From positions 672,001-736,000 of the forward strand of contig CAVUQO010000003.1 of the NCBI GenBank assembly GCA_963743635.1: a DNA stretch of 64,000 nt, in the 5' to 3' direction. A model generated the notes under the pieces. It ran no database searches. It was not told the origin of the DNA and was given only the letters and a program-made list of their open reading frames with translations. The DNA is from Candidatus Babeliales bacterium. Lineage in GTDB: Bacteria; Babelota; Babeliae; Babelales; Vermiphilaceae. Positions 32,432 to 42,254 of this stretch are shown in pieces; the stretch's first letter is position 1; each line of letters starts with the position of its first letter. The translations under genes and the position numbers were made by a program.

Positions 32432-34513
32432 TTAATTGTAAGATGTACCAACCTTAAACCAGATTCCCCACTGTGTGAGAGCAACGTTTGAGCAACATTG
32501 TTGCAAGCGTTCACAGCTTGGAGTTGGTTCGTAATTGTAGGATGGTGTAAAGCAACCGGTATTGCAGCTGCTTGTACTACAACCAGTATTGCATGGATTG
32601 CAAGTGCTCGTGCTGCAACTGTTGTTGTTACAACAATCCGGGCTACCATTTGAACCAAATTCAACTTCACCGCCTAAGCTAACATATGGAGTCCATTTGC
32701 TGTCGCAGCAATCAGGCCATGCCCAATTAATGTTCGTGAAGAACTTATTGGAGATACCGCGAGTGCCGGTCATGTTGAAATCACTTTCAGTAATGAGCAC
32801 AGTAGGGTTTGAAGTATATATGGTTGCCGCAGTGTTTGTAAATGTAGCAACAACAAGTGGGTGGCTGGCGCCGGTAGTCGTATAATCGAATGCAGCAACA
32901 TTATTATCAACGCCTTGGTTGACCGTATTGCCTAAACTAGCAACGTTGTTTGAGCCACCATGGATAGTTGCGCCGCTATCAGTTGCAGCAAGTGGAACAG
33001 GAACACCAGGATTCACAGGATCTGTGGCAGGATTCAGACCATAATCAAAGCCGTATACATACGCAGTACCTTTAAGCGCCCATGTGCCCGGTATTACTGG
33101 ACAACAATCGGTGCTTATTTTGATGTGTTCGCAGCTTCTGCCCCAGAAGTTATACCCAACATCCCATTGGAATCCGCCTGAACGGTAAGCAAGGCTGATA
33201 GCCAAGTCGCCTTGAGCACCAATAGTTGAAGTGATTTCACGGCGAGTCAAGTTAGCAACTGGTGCGTATTCGTTTGCAAATTGCAAGAATGTAGGATCTA
33301 CACTTGGATTAAGAACTGGTTGAGGAAGAGGAACCGTTGGTGCTTGCGTAGCGAGTAAGTACTCTTCAGCAAAAGATTCCAATCGCTGTGCAATCATATA
33401 ACGGCTGCTGCTGCCTGCTGAACACAAGTCAAAGCAACGATCTTGGTTTGCACCAAAAAGATGGGTGACGTTTGCTTCAAAGTAGATGCCGAATGTTCTA
33501 TCTTCATCTTCACTCTTCCACCAAATATGATGGCCGGTGATTTGAGCACCAAGTTCCCAATGTTTACCGTTACCGATAATTGGTTCAAACAAGTATCTGC
33601 TGGTACCAACGCGGGTGCCGGTTGGAGCTGCTACGTAAACGCCAATGCCTAAATGGCAATCGCGATCTTCGCGTTCGCTAAAGAAGTTACGACCAAGGAT
33701 GAAACGTAATTCACCAAATCCATTGCGCGTAAATGCATTTGCATCGCAATCACAGCTATTGATCATTCTGCTGCAGCAGAGTGATTGCCATGTAATGTCA
33801 TTATCGAGATATGGATTATAGTCTGAATTGGTAATGTCTGGTGTGCATCCATTTGCCCAAGACAAGAAGTTGGTAGTGCCATTTCCCGCTGGAACTACTG
33901 TACCAGAGAAATAACCTGCTGGGTACAGTGCATTAATAGACGCTAGGTCTTGAGTTTGTGATGTTGAAGCCGGATAGCCGACACATTCAGTCGCATTCAA
34001 ATTCCAGTTGGTATGCACAAATGGCCCATGGATTCTGAAGTATAAACCATCAATCCATGCATCAAGACCTGCATAGATACTGAAATCTAAGAGGAAGTTG
34101 CTGATGCGAGGATTAAAGTTCACGGTGCTTTGGAAATCCATTGGTAAACCAAAGTTTTCCGCTAACCAATCAGTTGGTGCTCTATCAGGAACCAATGAAC
34201 CGCTGACTTTGAAACCAAGATCATTGTCACAGCCACTGCATATTAAATCATCACCAAAGAGGCATTTGGTAAGATGATTATCTCTGAAGGTGCGTGTGTA
34301 TGCAAACGTAAGATTGAAGCTTGTGTAGTATTGATCATCGGCAGCTTCACGATTTATGCCCCACACTGGATTGTTCCAGCCAACCATTGTACGGGCAGCA
34401 TCAAAACTTTGTGATCGGGCAACAATGTTTGTTGTTGTATTTGACGCAGCAACAAGGTGCGCTGCGTGTACTAATGCCACAAGGCACAGTAACTGTTTTT
34501 TTAGTTGATTCAT
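32432..34513 (-). CDS. P7: Cys-rich putative outer-membrane beta-barrel paralog
   Basis: Intact, 693 aa; CNTGCSTSSCNTGC tract; ends WGIWFKVGTSYN. Confidence 0.85.
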   Translation of the reverse strand: MNQLKKQLLCLVALVHAAHLVAASNTTTNIVARSQSFDAARTMVGWNNPVWGINREAADDQYYTSFNLTFAYTRTFRDNHLTKCLFGDDLICSGCDNDLGFKVSGSLVPDRAPTDWLAENFGLPMDFQSTVNFNPRISNFLLDFSIYAGLDAWIDGLYFRIHGPFVHTNWNLNATECVGYPASTSQTQDLASINALYPAGYFSGTVVPAGNGTTNFLSWANGCTPDITNSDYNPYLDNDITWQSLCCSRMINSCDCDANAFTRNGFGELRFILGRNFFSEREDRDCHLGIGVYVAAPTGTRVGTSRYLFEPIIGNGKHWELGAQITGHHIWWKSEDEDRTFGIYFEANVTHLFGANQDRCFDLCSAGSSSRYMIAQRLESFAEEYLLATQAPTVPLPQPVLNPSVDPTFLQFANEYAPVANLTRREITSTIGAQGDLAISLAYRSGGFQWDVGYNFWGRSCEHIKISTDCCPVIPGTWALKGTAYVYGFDYGLNPATDPVNPGVPVPLAATDSGATIHGGSNNVASLGNTVNQGVDNNVAAFDYTTTGASHPLVVATFTNTAATIYTSNPTVLITESDFNMTGTRGISNKFFTNINWAWPDCCDSKWTPYVSLGGEVEFGSNGSPDCCNNNSCSTSTCNPCNTGCSTSSCNTGCFTPSYNYEPTPSCERLQQCCSNVALTQWGIWFKVGTSYN

Positions 34514-34758
34514 AAGAATAACTCCTTTTTATAAGAACATACGTTAAGGGAAATGGGTGACAGCAGTAAAATTGATGCGATAATTTCCACTTTTAAATCA
34601 ATACAATCTCCTTTCATTAGTTGATCTGCCTGTCTTCATTTCTCTTCGACATGACGCCGCGTCTTAACGCGTCTCGCGCGCAGACGGGTGGGCACTGTTT
34701 TATTTTTTCACTCTATACCTTCTTATCAAGTAATTAATTTTTTTTCCAGAGTTTTTTT
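34514..34758 (-). promoter_or_regulatory. Promoter motif plus conserved double-SD leader of P7
   Basis: TGGAAA-N17-TAAGAA with an A8 tract; leader closely similar to the P6 leader. Confidence 0.6.
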
Positions 34759-34887
34759 ATTCTAGTTTGCGAAAAGCCGTGTCTACGAGCTTGTTGACGT
34801 AAAAAAAATAGAGCATTTTGTCCCCATTTTTTCAATTTCATGGATGCTTGAAAATGGTCATAGAGCTTCGTATGGAATAATTTTGTT

Positions 34888-34923
34888 AAAAAAAGAGCCC
34901 CTCAATTTTGTCGAGGGGCTCTT
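34888..34923 (-). terminator. Terminator of P8
   Basis: AAGAGCCCCTC...GAGGGGCTCTT with an A-tract. Confidence 0.75.
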
Positions 34924-34947
34924 GCGTACTATCAAACGCTTTGTGCA

Positions 34948-37044
34948 TCAGTTATAAGATGTACCGATTTTAAACCATACACCCCATTGGGTGAGCGCAA
35001 CGTTGGTGCAGCATGGTTTGAGTGTGTCGCAGACATTTGCTGCAGGATTGGGTTGTAGTTATAGTTGCAAGGACTGCATACAGTTTCGCAGCTTGTGTTA
35101 CAACCGGTATTGCAACTTGTAGTGCAGCCAGTGTTGCAACTTGTGTTACAATCATTGTTGCAGCTTCCATTGCTTCCACCGCCAAATTCAACTTCAGCAC
35201 CGATACCAACATACGGAGTCCATTTGCTATCCTTCATATCAGGCCATGCATAATTGAAATGCATGAACAGCTTATTCGAGATACCACGAGTACCGAGTAA
35301 ATCGAAATCATTTTCCTGATGAGGACTGGTTCATTTGAGGTGTAGACTGGAGGTATGGTTGACGGGGTAGCAGGGTCTGGGTTTGGGAGTATGTCTAGCA
35401 GCAAGAAAATGAGGGGTTACTGCTTTTACGCTATTATCAGCATAAAAGTTGACGGGCCCCGTTGGATTTGGACCAGTATAAACCACATCATTTGCCATAT
35501 TAGAGCCTTGATGAATGTTTGCTTGGCTATCAGTAGCAGCGAGGCTCATTGCGAGGCTATTGTAGAGCGAGAGAGACTTGTAAATCCATACACGCGTTGA
35601 TCGCCCTTAAGTGCCCATTGGCCGAGCGCAGGATCGCAGCAATCATTATTTAAGCGCAATTCTTCGCAGCTTCTGCCCCAAAAGTTATAACCCAAATCGA
35701 ATTGGAAATTACCTGATTGGTATGCAAAGCTGATCGCTAAATCGCCTTGAGCGGCAATGGTAGAGATAACATTGTGCGGGTAATATTGGCAACCGGTGCA
35801 TACACGTTAGCAAATTCTAGACCGGCAGTATCAACACGTGTTGAAAGTGATGGATAACTATTGCGGTTAGTATCGAGTTGTTCTGCTAACATATAGCGGC
35901 TATTGTTTCCAGCTGAGCAAAGATCAAAGCAACGGATTTGGTTTGCACCAAAAAGATGCGTCACATTTGCTTCAAGATACATGCCAAGACTACTTGTTCA
36001 TCTTCTTCGTTTCTCCAGCCGATATAGTGCGCCGTTACTTGACCACCAAGTTCCCAGTGCTTACCGTTACCATACGATTGGCTCAAAAAGATAACGTCCT
36101 TTGCTATTGCAATCATCTTGGCTGCCAACGCGTGTGCCAGTCGGTGCACCAACGTAAAGGCCAAGGCCTGCATGGTAATCGCCTGCATCATCATTTACGA
36201 AATTATAACCGAGTATGAAGCGAAGTTCGCCAAAGCCATTGCGAGAAAGGCCTTGTCCATCGCATCCGCATTCAGGGCTGATCTTGCTGCAGCAAAGTGA
36301 TTGCCAGGTGATATCACCGAGTGGCGAGCAGGGGGTAGAGGTAAATTCATGAGTTCCTGCGAGGCAGTACTCTTCACCATACAAATCATAATCATTATTA
36401 ATTGTTGGCACTGCACCATTTGCATAGCTCAAGAAGCTTTGGTTAAGTTGCGATGCTGGCACTACGTTGCTTGAGAAATAGCCTTGGAAGTAACCCGTAG
36501 TTCCAGTCGTAATATTACATTCTTGTGCATTCAAATTCCACTGAGTATGCACGAATGGCCCATAGATCTTGAAGTACATGCCTTCATGCCATGAATCAAG
36601 CCCTGCATAGAAACTGAAATCTAAAATATAGTTGCTGATGCTTGGTTTAAATGAAACGGTACTTTGAAAGTCGCGCGGTAATCCGAAATAATCAGCCAAC
36701 CAATCATTTGCACCACGATTTGCTACTGCAGAACCACTGATATGGATTGATGAGCCTTCATCGCAGGTGCCGCATATGAGATCATCACCAAAGAGCGATC
36801 GTGCCAGGCGATTGTCTCTGAATGTGCGTGAATATTCAAACGTTATATTGAAACTGCCGTAATCATCGTCTTGCGGTTTACGGTTGATGCCCCAGAATGG
36901 ATTATCCCATCCGACAATCTGACGTGCTGCGTTAAAACTTTGTGATCGCGGGACGATCTTTGACGTGGTTGCAGTATTACCAGTGAGGTTCACTGCACTT
37001 ACTAATGCGGTAATGCATAGTAATTGTTTGTTTAGTTGCTTCAT
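34948..37044 (-). CDS. P8: Cys-rich putative beta-barrel paralog, near-identical to P9 (several frameshifts)
   Basis: The first ~190 aa are identical to P9; family motifs continue across frames to KIGTSYN, stop at 34948. Confidence 0.8.
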
Positions 37045-37097
37045 TCGAACAACTCCTAGAATTGAGGATGGATGATATGTTTTTTATTGACTACATC

Positions 37098-37137
37098 ATC
37101 CTAGAACAAGTAAGTTTTTTTTTCTAGAGTTTTTTTT
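37098..37137 (-). promoter_or_regulatory. Shared paralog promoter motif upstream of P8
   Basis: AAAAAAACTC-TAGAAA-N17-TAGGAT with an A9 tract. Confidence 0.6.
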
Positions 37138-37166
37138 ATTTTGTCTAAAATATGCGAGGAAATAGT

Positions 37167-37195
37167 AAAGCCCCCAACTTTCGTCGGGGGCTTTT
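37167..37195 (-). terminator. Terminator of P9
   Basis: AAAGCCCCC...GGGGGCTTTT. Confidence 0.7.
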
Positions 37196-37219
37196 GCGTA
37201 CCATCAAACGCTTTGTGCA

Positions 37220-39320
37220 TTAATTATAAGAAGTACCGATCTTGAACCATACGCCCCATTGGGTGAGCGCAACGTTGGTGCAGCATGGTTTGAGTGTTGA
37301 GCAAACGTTTGCTGCAGGATTCGGGTTGTAATTATAGTTGCAAGGACTGCATACAGTTTCGCAGCTTGTGCTACAACCAGTATTGCAACTTGTGCTACAA
37401 TCATTATTGCAGCTTTCATTGCTTCCACCGCCAAATTCAACTTCAGCACCGATGCCAACATACGGAGTCCATTTGCTATCCTTCATATCAGGCCGTGCAT
37501 AATTGAAATGCATGAACAACTTATTTGAGATACCGCGTGTGCCGAGTAAATCAAAATCATTTTCACTGATTAGCACAGGTTGATTAGAGGTATAGATGGC
37601 TGGAGGAAAGACGTCCGAGTTTGTAGGGTTTGGGAGAATATATGTTGGATTATTTTTAAGTGATTGACTATTGTCTGCATAAAAGTTCACTGGCGCTGTA
37701 GGGTTTGTGCCGGTATAGGCAACATTATGCGCCATATTTGAACCAGTATGTATCGTTGCTTGACTGTCAGTTGCCGGAAGGCTCATGGCAAGAGCAGTAT
37801 CAACAAGAACTTTGTTGGTAAAACCATAGACGCGTTGATCGCCCTTAAGTGCCCATTGGCCGATCGCTGGTGCGCAGCAATCATTGTTCAAGCGCAACTG
37901 TTCGCAGCTTCTGCCCCAGAAGTTATAGCCAAGATCGAATTGGAAATTACCTGATTGGTATGCGAAGCTGAATCGCTAAATCGCCTTGTGCGCCAATGGT
38001 AGAGGTAACATTGTGGCGGGTGATATTTGCAACCGGTGCATACACATTGGCAAATTCTAATCCAAGAGAATCATAAAGCTGCCCACCGCCAGTGCCAAGC
38101 GTAGTATCATTTAATCCTGGATAGCTATTGCGGTTGTCATGCAGCTTTTCAGCTAACATATAGCGGCTATTATTACCTGCTGAGCAAAGATCAAAGCAAC
38201 GGATTTGGTGTGCACCAAAAAGATGCGTCACATTTGCTTCAAGATACATGCCGAAGCTTCTATCATCTTCTTCATTTCTCCAGCCGATATAATGCGCCGT
38301 TACTTGCCCACCAAGTTCCCAGTGTTTACCGTTACCTACGATTGGCTCAAAAAGATAGCGTCCACTGCTATTGCAATCATCTTGACTGCCAACGCGTGTG
38401 CCAGTCGGTGCACCAACGTAAAGGCCAAGGCCTGCATGGTAATCGCCTGCATCATCGTTTACGAAATTGTAACCGAGTACGAAGCGAAGTTCGCCAAAGC
38501 CATTACGAGAAAGGCCTTGTCCATCACAGCCGCATTCAGGACTAATTTTGCTGCAGCAGAGTGATTGCCAGGTGATATCACCAAGTGGTGAGCAAGTTCC
38601 GTTTTCAGTCCGCGGACCAAATGGGAAAGTTCCTGCGAGACAATACTCTTCACCATACAAATCATAATCATTGTTGATTTCAGGCACCGCGCCATTTGCA
38701 TAGCTCAAGAAGCTTTGGTTAAGTTGCGAAGCTGGCACCACGGCGCTTGAGAAATAGCCTTGGAAGTAACCAGTAGTTCCAGTCGTAATATTGCATTCTT
38801 GTGCATTCAAATTCCACTGAGTATGCACGAATGGTCCATAGATCTTGAAGTACATGCCTTCATGCCATGAATCAAGCCCTGCATAGAAACTGAAATCGAG
38901 AATGTAGTTACTAATACTTGGCTTAAATGAAACGGTACTTTGAAAGTCGCGCGGTAATCCGAAATAATCAGCTAACCAATCATTTGCACCACGATTTGCT
39001 ACTGCAGAACCGCTGATATGGATTGATGAGCCTTCATCGCAGGTGCCGCATATGAGATCATCGCCAAAGAGCGATCGTGCCAGACGATTGTCTCTGAATG
39101 TGCGTGAATATTCAAACGTTATATTGAAACTGCCGTAATCATCGTCTTGCGGTTTACGGTTGATGCCCCAGAACGGATTATCCCATCCGACAATCTGACG
39201 TGCTGCGTTAAAACTTTGTGATCGTGGGACGATTTTTGACGTGGTTGCAGTATTACCAGTGAGGTTCACTGCACTTACTAATGCGGTAATGCATAGTAAT
39301 TGTTTGTTTAGTTGCTTCAT
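37220..39320 (-). CDS. P9: Cys-rich putative beta-barrel paralog (one frameshift near 37970)
   Basis: Two ORFs join at GDLAI|SFAYQSG; AAGGAG RBS before ATG 39320. Confidence 0.83.
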
Positions 39321-39528
39321 CAGACAACTCCTTTTATTGATGGTTGACAATATGCTTTTGATAGTACGTGATGATCATATACAGGTTTCGAATTTTATTG
39401 CTACATTTTTTTTGAATTACTCAGTCTCGCTATGCTCTCTCCTCGGGCGAATTGGGAAATAATACTTTTTTGAAGAGCAATGCTCTTTATCTTTGCTTAG
39501 ATTCTGGCGAGGTTAAATATATATCAGT

Positions 39529-39562
39529 AAAAGAAACCTCCGACTTTCATCGGAGGTTTCTT
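39529..39562 (-). terminator. Terminator of P10
   Basis: AAGAAACCTCCGA-CTTTCA-TCGGAGGTTTCTT. Confidence 0.75.
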
Positions 39563-39612
39563 AGTACTTAGTTTTGCTTGCGTTTGCGTTCAATTATAGA
39601 GAACAAACACTA

Positions 39613-41670
39613 TTAATTATAAGATGTACCAATCTTAAACCATACGCCCCATTGGCTGAGTGCGATGTTTGAGCAGCAGGTGCTGATAACTGGGCATGGC
39701 GTTGTGTTGCATGCTGGTGCAGGTGTGCAGCTGGTTTCGCAGCCGGTATTGCAACCAGTGTTGCAACTGGTGCTGCAGCCATTATCGTATCCACAGCCAT
39801 TATTGCATTTTTTTCCGCCGCCACATTCTGCTTCAAAACCGATACCAACGTATGGAGTCCACTTGCTGTCTTTCACTTCTGGCCATGCATAGTTAAAGTG
39901 GGTAAAGACTTTGTTTGAGATACCGCGAGTACCTGCAAGATCAAAATCATTTTCTTGAATTAGCACTGGTTGTTCAGAAGTGTAGATACCAACTGTTCCG
40001 AGTGGGTATGTGGTGATAGTAGAAAGGGTACCAACGTGAGCAAGAGACAAGCTATTATCAGCATACAAGTTTTTTGGCTGAGTTGGTACTTGGCCAGCAT
40101 AGCTCACATTGTTTGCCAGATTTGAACCGGTGTGGATGTTTGCTTGGCTATCAGTTGCAGGTATGCTGATAGCGAGTGATGTTCCGTGTGCACCACCATT
40201 GGTAGCGAAACCATACACGCGTTGGTCACCTTTAAGTGCCCATTGACCTTGTATGCCTAAGCAGCAATTATCCTCAATGCGCAGTTTTTCGCAGCTGCGG
40301 CCCCAGAAGTTGTAACCAAGATCCCATTGGAAGTTACCCGATTGGTATGCAAAGCTGATCGCTAAATCACCTTGAGCACCAATTGATGAAACTACATTGC
40401 GGCGAGAGATATTTGCAACGGGTGCATATTCCTTTGCAAATTCTAGACCAAGGCTATCAATGGTTGCGGCGTGGGTTGGGAAAGTAGCCGCGTTAAGTCC
40501 TGGATAGCTATTGCGATTTGAATCAAGGCGTTCAGCTAACATGTAGCGGCTATTATTGCCCGCTGAGCAAAGATCTAAGCAGCGAATTTGGCACGCGTCG
40601 AAAAGATGCGTTACGTTCGCTTCAAGATACATTGTAAAGCTCTTGTCATTCGCATCATTTCTCCACCAGACTTGGTGAGCAGTTATTTGACCGCCAAATT
40701 CCCAGTGTTTACCGTTACCAACGATTGGTTGGAATAAGTAACGTCCTTCGCCATTGCAATCATCGCTACCAACGCGTGAACCGGTTGGTGCTGCCGCGTA
40801 TGCGCCAATACCAATATGGTAATCGCCTGCTTCATCATTTATGAAATTGTAGCCGAGTACGAAACGAAGTTCGCCAAAGCCATTGCGAGACATGCCTTGT
40901 CCTTCACAGCAAGATTCAGGGCTGATTTTGCTGCAGCAGAGTGATTGCCACGTGATATCACCAAGTGGTGAGCAGGCTGGGTGGAGTGTGTAACATGTAT
41001 CTTCACCATACAAATCATAATCATTGTTGATGTACGGCGTGCAACCATTTGCATAGCTCAAGAAGCTGCTGTTAAGCTGTGATGCAGGAACGGTGTTGCT
41101 TGAGAAATACCCTTGGAAGTAACCAGTAGTTCCTTGCGTGATTGGACATTCTTCAGCATTCAAATTCCATTTAGTGTGTACAAAAGGTCCGTAGATCTTG
41201 AAGTACATACCATCAACCCATGCATCGAGGCCAGCGTAGTAGCTGAAATCGAGAATGTAGTTAGTGATTGTAGGTTTGAATGAAACGGTACTTTGGAAAT
41301 CACGTGGAAGTCCAAAATAATCCGCTAACCAATCATTTTCTCCACGATTTGCTACTGCAGAACCGCTAATTTGGAGTGATGAACGATCATCGCATTCATT
41401 GCAATTTAAATCATCACCAAAGAGTGCGTATGCAATACGGTTAGCTCTGAATGTGCTTGAATATTCGAATGCGATATTAAAGCTTGAATAGAATTCACCT
41501 TCTGGTTTACGGTTAATACCCCACTCCATATTATCCCATCCGACGATTTGACGTGCAGCGTTAAAACTTTGCGATCGGGGAACAATATTAGTTACGGTTC
41601 GCTCACCAAAAAGGTGAGTTGCGCTTACTAAAGCAGTAAGGCACAATAATTGTTTTTTTAGTTGATTCAT
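39613..41670 (-). CDS. P10: Cys-rich putative outer-membrane beta-barrel paralog
   Basis: Intact; start MNQLKKQLLC after AAGGAG; CSTSCNTGCNTGCETSC tract. Confidence 0.85.
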   Translation of the reverse strand: MNQLKKQLLCLTALVSATHLFGERTVTNIVPRSQSFNAARQIVGWDNMEWGINRKPEGEFYSSFNIAFEYSSTFRANRIAYALFGDDLNCNECDDRSSLQISGSAVANRGENDWLADYFGLPRDFQSTVSFKPTITNYILDFSYYAGLDAWVDGMYFKIYGPFVHTKWNLNAEECPITQGTTGYFQGYFSSNTVPASQLNSSFLSYANGCTPYINNDYDLYGEDTCYTLHPACSPLGDITWQSLCCSKISPESCCEGQGMSRNGFGELRFVLGYNFINDEAGDYHIGIGAYAAAPTGSRVGSDDCNGEGRYLFQPIVGNGKHWEFGGQITAHQVWWRNDANDKSFTMYLEANVTHLFDACQIRCLDLCSAGNNSRYMLAERLDSNRNSYPGLNAATFPTHAATIDSLGLEFAKEYAPVANISRRNVVSSIGAQGDLAISFAYQSGNFQWDLGYNFWGRSCEKLRIEDNCCLGIQGQWALKGDQRVYGFATNGGAHGTSLAISIPATDSQANIHTGSNLANNVSYAGQVPTQPKNLYADNSLSLAHVGTLSTITTYPLGTVGIYTSEQPVLIQENDFDLAGTRGISNKVFTHFNYAWPEVKDSKWTPYVGIGFEAECGGGKKCNNGCGYDNGCSTSCNTGCNTGCETSCTPAPACNTTPCPVISTCCSNIALSQWGVWFKIGTSYN

Positions 41671-41851
41671 AAGAATAACTCCTTTTTGCAAGAACATATT
41701 TTCAGGGAAATGGACCCTCGCGTTATCGTGTGCGAGCAATTTCCACGGTTAAATGAATACAATCTCCTTTCTTTGGTTAATTTTGGTCATGATTAATTTT
41801 TGTTCACTGTATACCTTCTTAACAAGTTATGAATTTTTTTTCTAGAGTTTT
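41671..41851 (-). promoter_or_regulatory. Promoter motif plus conserved double-SD leader of P10
   Basis: TAGAAA-N17-TAAGAA with an A8 tract; GAAAGGAG; GGAAAT..CTCGC..GCGAG..ATTTCC stem. Confidence 0.6.
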
Positions 41852-41958
41852 GTAAAAGAATATTGATTGGGTCGTTCAATTGGATGAAATATTGAAATAT
41901 ATTTTTGCGTATGATAGAAGGCTGTGAGTGCCGTTGCACAGAACATAAAGAGCCCGCG

Positions 41959-42254
41959 CCCTTCGATACGCGCGTGCCATGCTACCTAAGGATGAGATGA
42001 ATATTATGATAACGCGAACTCGATCTAAGGAATTCACATTAAGTCATGCTTTTTATAATAGAAATAGCCATTGGAATATTAGCTTTCGCGTTAGGCAATC
42101 ATGCCTTTAAATGAAACTAATCCGCACTATAATTAAAGGGCCCCCGATTTTCATCGGAGGCTCTTTTTAGTACTTCGTTTTGGTTGCTTTCTTATAATTA
42201 ATTATAAGATGTAACCGCTCATCCCGAGTAGCGCGGGACGTGCGTACCGAGGGG
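41959..42254. repeat. Degenerate family-1 REP doublet enclosing the P11 terminator
   Basis: CCCTTCGATACG...GGATGAG (41959-41996) and CCGCTCATCCCGAG...CGTACCGAGGGG (42215-42254); the latter abuts the P11 stop. Confidence 0.7.
42135..42168 (-). terminator. Terminator of P11
   Basis: AAAGGGCCCCCGA-TTTTCA-TCGGAGGCTCTTT. Confidence 0.65.

Noticed and set aside
32023..34590. 26-codon GTG uORF overlapping the P6 and P7 start codons (ATGA overlap)
   Set aside because: The equivalent frame in P10 stops after 7 codons and the GTG is too far from the upstream SD, so RNA-level conservation is more likely.
39665..39810. Cys-rich tracts as RiPP (ranthipeptide) precursors or stand-alone metallothioneins
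   Set aside because: They are in-frame internal loops of 600-700 aa proteins, and no radical SAM or other maturase is in the window.
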